From Dehalococcoidia bacterium (GTDB lineage: Bacteria > Chloroflexota > Dehalococcoidia > UBA2979): DNA of 64,000 nucleotides. Position numbers and translations under genes: made by a program. The stretch is from positions 896,001 through 960,000 of the forward strand of contig OZ244720.1 of NCBI GenBank assembly GCA_965219085.1, in the 5' to 3' direction. Below the pieces are notes generated by a model. The model had not been told where the DNA came from, did no database searches, and saw only the letters and a program-made list of their open reading frames with translations. This document shows positions 10,130 through 20,521 of this stretch, in pieces; the stretch's first letter is position 1, and every line of letters begins with the position of its first letter.

Positions 10130-10179
10130 GTGGGCTCCTCCCACTCCTGATCCAGCATCGGGGTTGCGGGGTGGGCGCG

Positions 10180-11544
10180 CTAGACGATGAGTTCCGGCGG
10201 CTCCTCGATGGCTTCGACGATCCAGCTCAGCGCGCGGGCCGCGTCGGCGCCGTCGATCAGGCGGTGGTCGACGGTGAGACCGAGCGGCATACGCAGCCGC
10301 GGCTGGAACCCGTCGTCGATCCAGGTCGGCTCGCGCTCGGCGCGGCCGACGGCGAGGATGCCGACCTGCGGCGGGTGCAGGATGGCGGTGAAGAACCCGG
10401 TGCCCATGCCGCCGAGGTTGCTGATGGTGAACGTGCCGCCGCGCATGTCGTCGATGCTCAGCTTGCGGTCGCGCGCTCGCTCGGCCAGCTCGCGGATCTC
10501 GACCGCCAACTCGGTCAGCGACTTGCGGTCGGCGTCGCGCACGACGGGCACGACGAGGCCGCGCTCGGTGTCGGTCGCCACGCCGACGTGGACGTAGCGG
10601 CGGTACACGATCTCCTGCGTCGCCATGTCGATCGAGGCGTTGAGGCGCGGGAACTCGGCGAGCGCGCGCGCCACCACCTGCATGAGGATCGGCAACATCG
10701 TCAGCGAGCCGCCCGCCTCCGCGACGCGGTCGCGGCGCTCGCGCCGGAGCGCGTCGAGCTCGGTGACGTCCGCCTTCTGCTGGAGCGTGATGTGCGGGCT
10801 CTGCGACCACGACTGCGCGAGGTTGCGCGCCGTCGCGCGCCGCGTCGGCGACATCCGCTCACGCTCGATCTCCCCGAACTGCGCGAGATCGGGCAGCACG
10901 GCGGGCGGCGGCACGCCGACTTCGGCCGCGGGCGCTGACGTCGAGGCGGGAGCGGGGGCGGCTGCTGCGGGCGTCGAGGCGTATAGCGCGGCGAGGAGCG
11001 AGCGCGCGTGCGCCTTCACGTCGTCGAGCGAGATGCGGCCGCCTGGCCCACTGCCCGCGACGTCCCCGATACGCACGCCGATCTCGCGCGCGAACAACCG
11101 CACCGCCGGGGAGGCGGGAACCGCCGCGCGCTCACCACCGGGGATCGACGCGACGACCGCCGGGGGCGCTGGCAATGGCATGACAGGCGCTGGTTGCGGG
11201 GTCGCCGCAACCGGTGCCAGGGCGGGTGGAGCGATGGGTGTCGGCGGAGCCGTCGAGGCGACCTCGGCGGCCGGCGCCGCCGCAGGGGCGCTCGCGCCGT
11301 CCGACCCGGCCGCCGCGATCGCGACGATCGGCTGGCCGACGCGGATCACCTCGCCCACCTCGACATGCACGGCCTCGACCACCCCGGCGTGCGGGGCGGG
11401 GACGTCGAGGTTCGCCTTCTCGGTCTCCACCTCGATCAGCGGCTGGTCGGCCTCGACCACATCGCCGACGCGCACGAGGACGCCGATGACCTCGGCTTCC
11501 TCGATGCCCTCGCCGAGGTCGGGGAGCGTGAAATCGTCGGCCAT
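10180..11544 (-). CDS. aceF: Dihydrolipoamide acetyltransferase (E2), single lipoyl domain
   Basis: VETEKA lipoyl motif, ASPAVR...GSGPGGRI E3-binding domain, DHRLIDGA catalytic motif. Confidence 0.93.
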   Translation of the reverse strand: MADDFTLPDLGEGIEEAEVIGVLVRVGDVVEADQPLIEVETEKANLDVPAPHAGVVEAVHVEVGEVIRVGQPIVAIAAAGSDGASAPAAAPAAEVASTAPPTPIAPPALAPVAATPQPAPVMPLPAPPAVVASIPGGERAAVPASPAVRLFAREIGVRIGDVAGSGPGGRISLDDVKAHARSLLAALYASTPAAAAPAPASTSAPAAEVGVPPPAVLPDLAQFGEIERERMSPTRRATARNLAQSWSQSPHITLQQKADVTELDALRRERRDRVAEAGGSLTMLPILMQVVARALAEFPRLNASIDMATQEIVYRRYVHVGVATDTERGLVVPVVRDADRKSLTELAVEIRELAERARDRKLSIDDMRGGTFTISNLGGMGTGFFTAILHPPQVGILAVGRAEREPTWIDDGFQPRLRMPLGLTVDHRLIDGADAARALSWIVEAIEEPPELIV

Positions 11545-11581
11545 GCAGTCCCTTCCCGTGGTGGCTCGGCGGGCGGCCGGC

Positions 11582-14320
11582 TCAGGCGAGCCGGGGGTTT
11601 GCCTTCTCCGGGTCGATGCCGAGTTCGGCGATGGCGCGCTCGGGTACGTCGGCCGCGACTGCGCCCTCGCGCGCGAGCGCGTACAGCGCGGCAAGGGCGA
11701 TGTGCTTCGCGTCGACCTCGAAGAAGTCGCGCAGCGCCTCGCGCGTCTCGCTGCGCCCGAAGCCGTCGGTGCCGAGCGAGACGAGGCGTCCCGGCAGCCA
11801 CTTCGCCACCGCGTCCGGCAGCGACTTGAGGTAGTCCGTCGCGGCGACGAACGGGCCCTCGGCGTCCGCGAGCACCTCGGAGAGGTACGGGGAGCGCGGC
11901 GGCTCGCTCGGGTGGAGCATGTTCCAGCGCTCGACATCCATCGCGTCGCGTCGCAGCTCGCTGTAGCTCGTCACCGACCACACGTCGGCGGCGACGCCGT
12001 AACGGTCGGCGAGGAGCTCCTGCGCGGCGACAACCTCGGTGAGGATCGCGCCGCTGCCGAAGAGCTGGACCCGAGGGCCATCGCCATCCGAATGATGCAG
12101 CCGGTAGATGCCGCGAATCACACCCTCGGGCGCGTCGGGTGGCATTGGCGGCTGCGGGTACGCCTCGTTGGTGACGGTCAGGTAGTAGAAGACCGCATCC
12201 TGCTGCTCGTGCATCCGGCGGATGCCCTCGCGCACGATCAGCGCGACCTCGTAGGCGTAGGCCGGGTCGTAGCTCAGCAGGTTCGGCACGACCGAGGCGA
12301 GCACGTGGCTGTGGCCGTCCTGGTGCTGGAGCCCCTCGCCCTGCAGTGTCGTGCGCCCCGCCGTCGCGCCGACGAGGAAGCCGCGCGTGCGTGAGTCGGC
12401 CGCCGCCCAGATCAGGTCGCCGACTCGCTGGAAGCCGAACATCGAGTAGAAGATGAACACCGGGAGCGTGCACGCGCCGTGTACCGCGGGCGCCGTCCCC
12501 GCGGCGATGAACGAGGCCAGCGATCCCGCCTCCGTGATGCCCTCCTCGAGGATCTGCCCGTCCGTCGTCTCCTTGTAGTAGATGAGGCTGTCGGCATCGA
12601 CGGGCTCGTAGAGCTGCCCGACGTGGGAGTAGATGCCCGCCTGGCGGAACATGGTCTCCATGCCGAACGTGCGCGCCTCGTCGGGCACGATCGGCACCAT
12701 GTGGTCGCCGATCGTCTCGTCGCGCAGCAGCCGCGCGAGCAGCCGCACGAAGGCGAGCGTGGTCGACACCTCGCGGCCGCCTGAGCCCTCGAAGAACTCG
12801 TCGAAGACCGACTCGGCGGGCGAGATGCCGGCGCAGGAGATGGTCCGGCGTTGCGGCAGGAAGCCGCCGAGGGCGCGGCGGCGCTGCTGCAGGTAGCGCG
12901 CCTCCACGCTGTCGTCGTCAGGGCGGTAGAGTGGCGCGCTGCCGACTTCCTCGTCGCTCAGCGGGATGCCGAAGCGGTCGCGGAAGTGCATCAGCTCGTC
13001 TTCGTTGAGCTTCTTCTGCTGGTGCGTGATGTTCTTGCCCTCGCCCGCCTCGCCGAGGCCGTAGCCCTTGATGGTGCGCGCGAGGATCACCGTCGGTGCC
13101 CCCTCGTGGCGGACGGCGGCGTGGTAGGCGGCGTGCACCTTCTCCGGGTCGTGACCGCCGAGGCGCATCGACCACAGCTCGTCGTCGCTCATGTGGTCGA
13201 CCATGCGCAGCAGGCGCGGGTCGGTGCCGTAGAAGTGCTCGCGGATGTAGGCGCCGCCGGCGACGGTGTACTTCTGGTACTCGCCGTCGACGACCTCGCC
13301 CATGCGCTTCGTGAGCAGGCCCTCGTGGTCCTGCGCGAGCAACTGGTCCCACTCGGCGCCCCACAGCACCTTGATCACGTTCCAGCCCGCGCCGCGGAAC
13401 ACGGCCTCGAGCTCCTGGATGATCTGGCCGTTGCCGCGCACGGGGCCGTCGAGGCGCTGCAGGTTGCAGTTGATGACGAAGATCAGGTTGTCGAGCCGCT
13501 CGCGCGCCGCGAGCGAGATCGCGCCGAGCGCCTCGGGCTCGTCGGTCTCGCCGTCGCCGATGAAGGTCCACACCTTCGCGTCGCTCGGCTCCTTGATGCC
13601 GCGGTCGACGAGGTAGCGCATGAACCGCGCCTGGTAGATCGCCATGAGCGGCGCGAGGCCCATCGAGACCGTGGGGAACTTCCAGAAGTGCTCCATCAGC
13701 CACGGGTGCGGGTACGACGGCAGCCCGCCGCCGTCGGCCAGCTCGCGCCGGAAGTTGAAGAGCAGCTCCTCGCTCAACCGGCCCTCGAGGTACGCGCGGG
13801 CGTAGATGCCCGGCGAGGCGTGGCCCTGGATGTAGATCAGGTCGCCCCCGCTCGGGTCGTTCGCGCCACGGAAGAAGTGGTTGAAGCCCACCTCGTAGAG
13901 CGTGGCCGCCGAGGCGTAGGTCGAGATGTGCCCGCCGATGCCCTCGTGGCGGTTGTTGGCGTCGACGACCATCGCCATCGCGTTCCAGCGCACGAAGCTC
14001 TTGATGCGCTGCTCGATCTCGCGGTTGCCGGGGTAGGGTGGCTGGCGCTCGATCGGGATCGTGTTCACGTACGGGGTCCGCGAGGTCACCGGCAGCTGCG
14101 CCATCTCGCGCTGCGCCTCGATCTGGAGTGTCTGCAGCAGCTCCGCGACGCGCTCCGGCCCGCGACGGTAGAAGACGTCGTGCAGCGACTGACGCCACTC
14201 CTCCGCCTCGATGGCGTCGAATTCGGCTTGTAGCGCCTCGCGGGCGGCGTCGGCGTCGGCGCCGTTGGCGGCGCCGGGCGCGAGGGCGGCGGGGTCGGTG
14301 CGTGATGCGTCCGTGCTCAT
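11582..14320 (-). CDS. aceE: Pyruvate dehydrogenase E1, homodimeric type
   Basis: GGHISTYAS, YPHPWLM, GDGETDE, NLQRLDGPVRGN, GEGLQHQDG, DGFGRS. Confidence 0.96.
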   Translation of the reverse strand: MSTDASRTDPAALAPGAANGADADAAREALQAEFDAIEAEEWRQSLHDVFYRRGPERVAELLQTLQIEAQREMAQLPVTSRTPYVNTIPIERQPPYPGNREIEQRIKSFVRWNAMAMVVDANNRHEGIGGHISTYASAATLYEVGFNHFFRGANDPSGGDLIYIQGHASPGIYARAYLEGRLSEELLFNFRRELADGGGLPSYPHPWLMEHFWKFPTVSMGLAPLMAIYQARFMRYLVDRGIKEPSDAKVWTFIGDGETDEPEALGAISLAARERLDNLIFVINCNLQRLDGPVRGNGQIIQELEAVFRGAGWNVIKVLWGAEWDQLLAQDHEGLLTKRMGEVVDGEYQKYTVAGGAYIREHFYGTDPRLLRMVDHMSDDELWSMRLGGHDPEKVHAAYHAAVRHEGAPTVILARTIKGYGLGEAGEGKNITHQQKKLNEDELMHFRDRFGIPLSDEEVGSAPLYRPDDDSVEARYLQQRRRALGGFLPQRRTISCAGISPAESVFDEFFEGSGGREVSTTLAFVRLLARLLRDETIGDHMVPIVPDEARTFGMETMFRQAGIYSHVGQLYEPVDADSLIYYKETTDGQILEEGITEAGSLASFIAAGTAPAVHGACTLPVFIFYSMFGFQRVGDLIWAAADSRTRGFLVGATAGRTTLQGEGLQHQDGHSHVLASVVPNLLSYDPAYAYEVALIVREGIRRMHEQQDAVFYYLTVTNEAYPQPPMPPDAPEGVIRGIYRLHHSDGDGPRVQLFGSGAILTEVVAAQELLADRYGVAADVWSVTSYSELRRDAMDVERWNMLHPSEPPRSPYLSEVLADAEGPFVAATDYLKSLPDAVAKWLPGRLVSLGTDGFGRSETREALRDFFEVDAKHIALAALYALAREGAVAADVPERAIAELGIDPEKANPRLA

Positions 14321-14348
14321 GGCGGTGTTCCTTGCTGCGCCCTGCCCG

Positions 14349-15275
14349 CTACTCCCCCGGCTGGCCGATCGTGGTCAGGGGAATGTGACCATCGTACGCC
14401 GCAGCCGAGGCTTGTCCGGCGGCGTGGTAGGAGCTGCGCACCAGCGGGCCGGACTCGGCGTGCCGGAACCCGATCGCGTGCGCGTAGTCGGCGATCTCGG
14501 CGAACTCATCGGGGCGCCAGAAGCGCTCGATTGGCAGGTGCTTCAGCGACGGCCGCAGGTACTGTCCCACGGTGAGGAGGTCGCAGCCGTGCTCACGCAG
14601 GTCGTCGAGGACCGCGCGCACCTCGTCCATCGTCTCGCCGAGGCCGACCATGATGCCCGACTTGGTCGTCATCTCCGGGTCGATCTGCTTGACGCGGCGG
14701 ATCAACTCGAGCGAGCGCTCGTAGCGCGCCTTCGGGCGCACGCGGGCGTAGAGCCGCGGCACGGTCTCGGTGTTGTGGTTGAGCACGACCGGCCCCGCCT
14801 CGACGACGGTGGCGAGGGCGTCCCGGTTGCCCTCGAAGTCAGGGATCAGCACCTCCACCTGTGTCCCCGGCAGGCGATGCCCGATCGCGCGGATGCACGC
14901 GGCGAACACGTCCGCCCCGCCGTCGGGCAGGTCGTCGCGGTTCACCGACGTGATCACGACGTAGTCGAGGCCGAGCCGCTCGACGGCCTGCGTGAGCCGG
15001 TACGGCTCCAGCAGGTCGAGGCCCATCGGCTTGCCCGAGGTGACGTCGCAGAAGCCGCAGGCGCGCGTGCAGATGTCGCCGAGGATCATGAAGGTGGCCG
15101 TGCCGGCGTTGAAGCACTCGCCGATGTTCGGGCAGCGCGCCTCCTCGCAGACGGTGTGCAGCTCTTGCTCGCGCAGCAGGCTCTTGATCTCGGAGAAGCG
15201 CTCACCCGCCGGGAAGCGCGCCTTCAGCCATCGCGGCTTGCGCGGGAACGGACGCACGGCGGCTTCAGCCGGCAT
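14349..15275 (-). CDS. lipA: Lipoyl synthase
   Basis: TVCEEARCPNIGEC, CTRACGFC, RSSYHA. Confidence 0.96.
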   Translation of the reverse strand: MPAEAAVRPFPRKPRWLKARFPAGERFSEIKSLLREQELHTVCEEARCPNIGECFNAGTATFMILGDICTRACGFCDVTSGKPMGLDLLEPYRLTQAVERLGLDYVVITSVNRDDLPDGGADVFAACIRAIGHRLPGTQVEVLIPDFEGNRDALATVVEAGPVVLNHNTETVPRLYARVRPKARYERSLELIRRVKQIDPEMTTKSGIMVGLGETMDEVRAVLDDLREHGCDLLTVGQYLRPSLKHLPIERFWRPDEFAEIADYAHAIGFRHAESGPLVRSSYHAAGQASAAAYDGHIPLTTIGQPGE

Positions 15276-16002
15276 GCGCGACCTCCTCGACTGTGGGAGC
15301 GTTGAGCCAGCCATCGGGATCCTCGGCGAGTCGCATGCCGAACGCGCGCTCGAACGCAGCGGCCATCGCGTCCTCCACCTCGCGCATCGGCGGGGCGCTG
15401 CCGAGCAGACGTTCCATCGAGGTCACCTCGGCGTCGGGGATGCCGCACGGCACGATCTGGCCGAACCACGCGAGGTCCGTCGCGACGTTGAGTGCGAGGC
15501 CGTGGCGGCTCACGCCGCGGCTGATGCGCACGCCGATCGCGGCGACCTTCGCCCCCTCGACCCACACGCCGGGCCGCCCCTCGACGCGCTCCGCGTCGAT
15601 GCCGAAGGCATCAAGGGTGTCGATGATGACCGCCTCGAGGCGTCGCACGTAGGTGGCCGCGCCGAGCGAGCGGCGGCGCACGTGGAGGATCGGGTAGGCG
15701 ACGAGCTGGCCGGGGCCGTGGAAGGTGATGTCACCGCCGCGGTCCGTCGGGACGACGGCCGCGCCACGCGCGGCGAGGGCGTCCGGCGTCGCGAGCAGGT
15801 GCTCGCGATTACCGCGCGCACCGAGGGTGTAGACGGGCGGGTGCTCCAGCAGCGCCAACGACTCGCCCTCGACGCCTGCGGCGAGCGCCTCCACGCGCTC
15901 CCGCTGCCAGGCGAGCGCGCGATCGTACTCGACCAGACCGGGCCGCCAGAGGCGCACGACCGTGTCGGCGTGCGGCTGCCGGGTGTTCGCAGGAGCAGTC
16001 AT
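15265..16002 (-). CDS. lipB: Octanoyltransferase
   Basis: EHPPVYTLG, DRGGDITFHGPGQLVAYP, KVAAIG, IVPCG. Confidence 0.95.
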   Translation of the reverse strand: MTAPANTRQPHADTVVRLWRPGLVEYDRALAWQRERVEALAAGVEGESLALLEHPPVYTLGARGNREHLLATPDALAARGAAVVPTDRGGDITFHGPGQLVAYPILHVRRRSLGAATYVRRLEAVIIDTLDAFGIDAERVEGRPGVWVEGAKVAAIGVRISRGVSRHGLALNVATDLAWFGQIVPCGIPDAEVTSMERLLGSAPPMREVEDAMAAAFERAFGMRLAEDPDGWLNAPTVEEVAHAG

Positions 16003-16133
16003 GCGTGCATTCCTCGCACTTCGACGGCCGGGGCCCGCGATCCAGTATATGAAGCGCGCGCCCCGGATGCGGAAGTGGCTTCGCGAGGGCGTTCCGGCCT
16101 CGGACGTGTCGGCGCCCTCGGCGCCCGCGAGCG

Positions 16134-17279
16134 TCAGGCGTCGGCGTCGAAGCGGCTGAGGCGGAACAGCGAGATGTCGTGGCTCGTCTCGCCCGTCGTG
16201 GCGAGGTCCGCCATGATCTCGCCGACGACGCTGCAGAACTTGAACCCGTGCCCGGAGAACCCGGCGGCCACGAACACGTTGGGGGCTTCGGGCAGCGCAT
16301 CGATGATGAAATGTTCGTCCGGCGTGTTCGTGAACATGCACGCCTTCATGGACAGCACCGGGCCGTTGGCGTCCGGGAAGTAGCGGCTGAGCCCGAGCCG
16401 CAGCACCGCCTCGTCCTCGTCCCCGCACTCCCGATTGAGGCCATCGCCGGTAGTCAGCTCGTCGCGGTGGTGGAAGCGGCCGACCTTCAAGCCTGGAATT
16501 CCAAACACGGGGAGGGTGTAGTACAGACCCTCGTCTACATCGGCGATCACCACCGGGAAATGTGTTGCCGCGAACAATGATGCGTCCGCGGGTTGGAACC
16601 ATCCCAACACCTGCCGCTCCGGCACCACCAGATGATGCAGCGAGGGCAACAGCGGCCCCGCCCACGCGCCGCCCGTGACGATGAGCGCGCCTGCCTCGTA
16701 CGACCCGCGCTTGGTCCGCACGCGCACTCGGTCACCGCTGCTGTTCCACTCCAGCACGGGCTCCCGGGCCCGCACATCAGCGCCGCGTTCGAGCGCGCCG
16801 AAGACGTGGTTCACGATGCACCGCTCGGACAGCACGAAGCCGCCGTCGGGCTGGTACACGCCCACCCGGTCCTGCGGGAATCGCATGCCGGGAAAACGCT
16901 CACTCAACTCGGCGCTGGTGAGTACTTCGTGCGCGAGATCGTGCTCGATGCAGGATTGCAGCGAACCGGCGAACACCTCGCCGTCTTCGCGGCCCACGTC
17001 CACACCGCCGGTGATGTGGAGCAGTTGCTCCCCGCTTGCCGACTCCAGTTCGCGCCAGCGCTCGTAGGAGCGGCGCACCAGCGGGACGTACGAGGGATCC
17101 TCGAAGTAGGCCATGCGGGTAATGCGGTTCACCCCGTGCGAGGAGCCCATGTCGTGGGGAATGTCGAACTGCTCCAGGCCCAGCACGCGCAGGCCCCGGT
17201 TCGCGAGCTCGTACACGGTGGCCGAGCCCATACCCCCGACGCCGATGACGATTGCGTCGTATGTGCCCGTCGTAGTCAC
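16134..17279 (-). CDS. solA: Monomeric sarcosine / N-methyl-L-tryptophan oxidase
   Basis: IGVGGMGS, GSSHGVNRITR, CMFTNTPDEHFII, GFSGHGFKF. Confidence 0.85.
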   Translation of the reverse strand: MTTTGTYDAIVIGVGGMGSATVYELANRGLRVLGLEQFDIPHDMGSSHGVNRITRMAYFEDPSYVPLVRRSYERWRELESASGEQLLHITGGVDVGREDGEVFAGSLQSCIEHDLAHEVLTSAELSERFPGMRFPQDRVGVYQPDGGFVLSERCIVNHVFGALERGADVRAREPVLEWNSSGDRVRVRTKRGSYEAGALIVTGGAWAGPLLPSLHHLVVPERQVLGWFQPADASLFAATHFPVVIADVDEGLYYTLPVFGIPGLKVGRFHHRDELTTGDGLNRECGDEDEAVLRLGLSRYFPDANGPVLSMKACMFTNTPDEHFIIDALPEAPNVFVAAGFSGHGFKFCSVVGEIMADLATTGETSHDISLFRLSRFDADA

Positions 17280-17393
17280 AGCGCGCCTCCCCGGTTCGCC
17301 TCCGTACCGCAAGCGTCCCGATCAGTATAGGAACGCAGCTCGCGGCTCCGCCGTCCGCGCGCGCTGGGGCGGCGGCTGCCCGCGCCCGCCGCT

Positions 17394-17846
17394 ATGCTCG
17401 CGGGGCTGCGGCGCCACCACCCTTGCCGCAGCCGATGGACGGAGCGCCGACTGAACTCCCGGCAACTTCGGAATTCGTCGGGCTTCGCGATCGTCGCGAT
17501 GGGAGCGAGCATCCTGCTTGCGACGCTCACGCCCATCACGGGCGCGGAGCACGGCTGCCCGTTCGGGTTGCCGTGCCTCGCGTGGCACTTCGGGCTGTTC
17601 GCGGCGCTGGGCGTGGCGATCGCCGCCCGCTACGCGACGAGCGAGGCAGCACGGCGTTCGCCCCGGCGTGTGTTGGGCATGGTCGTGCTCGTGATCTGGC
17701 TCTTTGCTGCCGTCAGCGAGATGGCGCAGGGCTGGGTCGATGGCCGTGATCCGCAGCTCCTCGACTGGGTGGCGAACATGGCGGGCGCGATCGTGGGGTT
17801 GTTGCTCGGCAGCGCCGCCCTGCGCTGGCTCCTCGCCGAGCGTTAG
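17394..17846 (+). CDS. VanZ-family membrane protein (start uncertain)
   Basis: HFGLFAALG...SEMAQGWVDGRDPQLLDWVANMAG motif; hydrophobic segments. Confidence 0.75.
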   Translation: MLAGLRRHHPCRSRWTERRLNSRQLRNSSGFAIVAMGASILLATLTPITGAEHGCPFGLPCLAWHFGLFAALGVAIAARYATSEAARRSPRRVLGMVVLVIWLFAAVSEMAQGWVDGRDPQLLDWVANMAGAIVGLLLGSAALRWLLAER

Positions 17847-18601
17847 TCCTCGTCCAGCGTGGCGTCGGCGTAGACCCGCAGGCCGTAGTCGTTGTAGCGC
17901 CGCTCCGGCGATAGCGAGGAGCGCGCGGTGCTGCGCGTGACTTTCACGCGGTGCCGCCACGAGCCGCCGCGCGATGCGCGTCGCACGCCGTCGGCGGGGC
18001 CACGCGGGTGGTCGATGTCGTCCGGGTCGTAGCGGGTCGCGTACCAGTCCGAGCACCACTCATGCACGTTCTCCGCCATGTGGTAGAGCCCGAAGCTGTT
18101 GGGCGGGGTGCTGCCCACCCGGTAGGGGCGATCCGCGCCCTTGGAGCCGAGCGCGAAGAGGCCCTCGAGCCACGGTTCGTCGCCCCACGGAAAGTGCGTG
18201 GTGGCGTCCCCTCGCGCGGCGAACTCGCGTTCCGCCTCAGTCGGGAGCCGACAGTTCCGGCCAAGTAGCTCGCCCAGCCACTCGCAGTACGCGTTCGCGT
18301 CGAACCACGAGACGCCGACGACGGGACAGTCGGGCGCGTTGAACCGCTCGTCGTCCCAGAACCGCGGCGGCTCGTGCCCGCTGGCGTCGAGGAAGCGCCG
18401 GTACTCACTGTTGGTGACGGGCCCGATCGCGACCGCGAACGCGTCGATGGTGACATCGCGCTCGGGTTGCTCGTCGTCCCGCATGGGGGAGCCCATGTTG
18501 AACCGGCCGCCGGACAGGCTCACGAAGGGCGTCACGTCGGGTCCCTCGGCGAGCAGCCGTTGGATGCGTGGATCGGTGGGAGGCGTGGCTGGTTGAGTCA
18601 C
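17843..18601 (-). CDS. FGE-sulfatase / SUMF1 domain protein
   Basis: FNMGS, VTNSEY, PVVGVSWFDA, RLPTEAE, NSFGLYHMAENVHEW, RGGSW. Confidence 0.9.
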   Translation of the reverse strand: MTQPATPPTDPRIQRLLAEGPDVTPFVSLSGGRFNMGSPMRDDEQPERDVTIDAFAVAIGPVTNSEYRRFLDASGHEPPRFWDDERFNAPDCPVVGVSWFDANAYCEWLGELLGRNCRLPTEAEREFAARGDATTHFPWGDEPWLEGLFALGSKGADRPYRVGSTPPNSFGLYHMAENVHEWCSDWYATRYDPDDIDHPRGPADGVRRASRGGSWRHRVKVTRSTARSSLSPERRYNDYGLRVYADATLDED

Positions 18602-18733
18602 AAAGCGATGCTAACAGTGTGGGCGACGCCCGAGCACCACGATCAGCAGCTTCGCCACACGTGGCGCCGTCCATTGCATCAGCGCCCCGCCTGAGTGGCC
18701 TCTTACGTCGGTGTGACAAATACTACTTTTGTG

Positions 18734-18750
18734 TTAGCGTGACTCGCTAA
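18734..18750. promoter_or_regulatory. Palindrome TTAGCG-N5-CGCTAA upstream of rex, possible operator
   Basis: Perfect 6-bp inverted repeat in an AT-richer intergenic region about 30 bp before the rex start. Confidence 0.35.
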
Positions 18751-18779
18751 ATTGAGCAAAGCACGGGAAGCGAGGACGT

Positions 18780-19430
18780 GTGCCGCTCAAGATCCCGGAA
18801 GTCGTCATCGAGCGCCTCCCCACCTACTACTGGCAATTGGCGGAGTTGCGCGCCGCGGGCGTGAGCACCGTCTCGTCGCAGGAGATTGGGGAAGCGCTCG
18901 ACGTCACGCCTGCACAGATCCGAAAGGACCTCTCGTACTTCGGCCGTTTCGGTAAGCAGGGCCGCGGCTACTCCGTCGACACACTCACCGAGGAACTCGA
19001 AGCGATCCTGGGGTTCAACCGGCGCTGGCGCATGCTGCTCGTCGGCGGTGGCGGTGTCGCCCGCACGATCGCCTCGTTGAACCACGGGAGCTTCCAGCCG
19101 TACGGGTTCGACATCGTTCGCGTGTACGAGGTCGACTCTGAGCGGGTTGGACGCGTTGTCAACGGCATACGGGTCCGGAACCTCGCAAACATCGAAGCCG
19201 ACATGCGCGACGACCCGATCGAGATCGCCGTCATCGCGGTGCCGGGCGCCGTGGCGCAGCAGGTGACCGACGCACTGGCGCAGGCGGGCGTGTGCTCGAT
19301 TCTCAACTACACCACGGTCGTCGTGCAGGCGCCGCCCGGGGTCGAAGTACGGCACGTTAATCCGCTGCTTGCGCTGCAGACGCTCACCTACCACCTGACC
19401 AACACGCGCGACCCGATGATCGCTCCCTAA
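18780..19430 (+). CDS. rex: Redox-sensing transcriptional repressor Rex
   Basis: IPEVVIERLPTY, SSQEIG, QIRKDLSYFGRFGKQGRGY wHTH plus Rossmann domain. Confidence 0.92.
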   Translation: MPLKIPEVVIERLPTYYWQLAELRAAGVSTVSSQEIGEALDVTPAQIRKDLSYFGRFGKQGRGYSVDTLTEELEAILGFNRRWRMLLVGGGGVARTIASLNHGSFQPYGFDIVRVYEVDSERVGRVVNGIRVRNLANIEADMRDDPIEIAVIAVPGAVAQQVTDALAQAGVCSILNYTTVVVQAPPGVEVRHVNPLLALQTLTYHLTNTRDPMIAP

Positions 19431-19455
19431 CGAGGGGACCGCTTCGTCCCGTCTG

Positions 19456-20490
19456 CTACGGGGAGTCGGCGATGAGTGACTCCTCCTCGGTCGGGATACT
19501 GCGCGCGATCACATCGAAGTAATCGAGCGCCGCTCCAGCGCCCTTCGCCACGCAGCGGTCCGGCTCGTCCGCGATATGCACCGGCACCCCGATCTGATCC
19601 AGCAGCAGCGCATCGAGGTGGCGGAGCCTCGCGCCTCCGCCCGTCAGCACGATGCCGTGATCGATGACATCGGCCGCCAGCTCCGGCGGAGTCCGCTCGA
19701 GCACGGTGCGGACCGTCTGCACGATCGCGCCCAACTGCTCCTGGATCGCCAGCGTGATTTCCGAGGATTGCACCGTGATCGTGCGCGGCAGCCCCGTGAT
19801 CTGATCGCGGCCGCGCACGCGCATCGTCTCGTCCGGCTCCTGCGGGAGTGCGGAGCCGATGGCGATCTTGAGCTCCTCGGCCGTGCGTTCGCCCACCACG
19901 AGGTTATGTCGACGCCGGATGTGGAGCGCGATCGCGTCGTTGAGGCGGTCGCCGGCGACCCGCACCGAGTCAGCGGCAACGATGCCGAACATCGAGATCA
20001 CCGCCGCCTCGGCCCGCCCGCCGCCGATGTTCAGCACCATGTGTCCGCGCGGCGAACCGACTGGGATCTCGGCGCCGATGGCTGCCGCGAGGGGCTCCGG
20101 GATGAGGTGCGCCGGCCGGCGCGCGCCCGCGGCCTCGGCGGCGTCGCGCACGGCGCGCTGCTCGACGCGCGTGACGCCGTACGGCGTCGACACCATGACC
20201 TCGGGACGGATGATGCGGAACCGTCCCATGACCTCGCCGATGAGGTAGCGGAGCAGCGCCTCCGTGATGAGGTAGTCGGCGATGGCGCCGTCGCGCATCG
20301 GACGGATCACCTGGATGGTGCCCGGCTGGCGGCCGATCATCTCGTACGCCTGGTCGCCGACGGCGATCACGGTGTTGTCACGCTCGGCCAGCGCCACCAC
20401 GGCGGGCTCTTCGAGCACGATCCCGCGCCCGCGCTCGAACACGAGCACGCGAGCCGTTCCCAGGTCGATACCGAGTCGCTTGGTGACCAT
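19456..20490 (-). CDS. mreB: Rod shape-determining protein, MreB/Mbl family
   Basis: GIDLGTA, EPAVVA, PMRDGAIAD, EPLAAAIGA, GERTAEELKI, LTGGGA. Confidence 0.88.
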   Translation of the reverse strand: MVTKRLGIDLGTARVLVFERGRGIVLEEPAVVALAERDNTVIAVGDQAYEMIGRQPGTIQVIRPMRDGAIADYLITEALLRYLIGEVMGRFRIIRPEVMVSTPYGVTRVEQRAVRDAAEAAGARRPAHLIPEPLAAAIGAEIPVGSPRGHMVLNIGGGRAEAAVISMFGIVAADSVRVAGDRLNDAIALHIRRRHNLVVGERTAEELKIAIGSALPQEPDETMRVRGRDQITGLPRTITVQSSEITLAIQEQLGAIVQTVRTVLERTPPELAADVIDHGIVLTGGGARLRHLDALLLDQIGVPVHIADEPDRCVAKGAGAALDYFDVIARSIPTEEESLIADSP

Positions 20491-20521
20491 GTGCCGCCTG
20501 CCAGAGCCCCGGTGGCCTACC

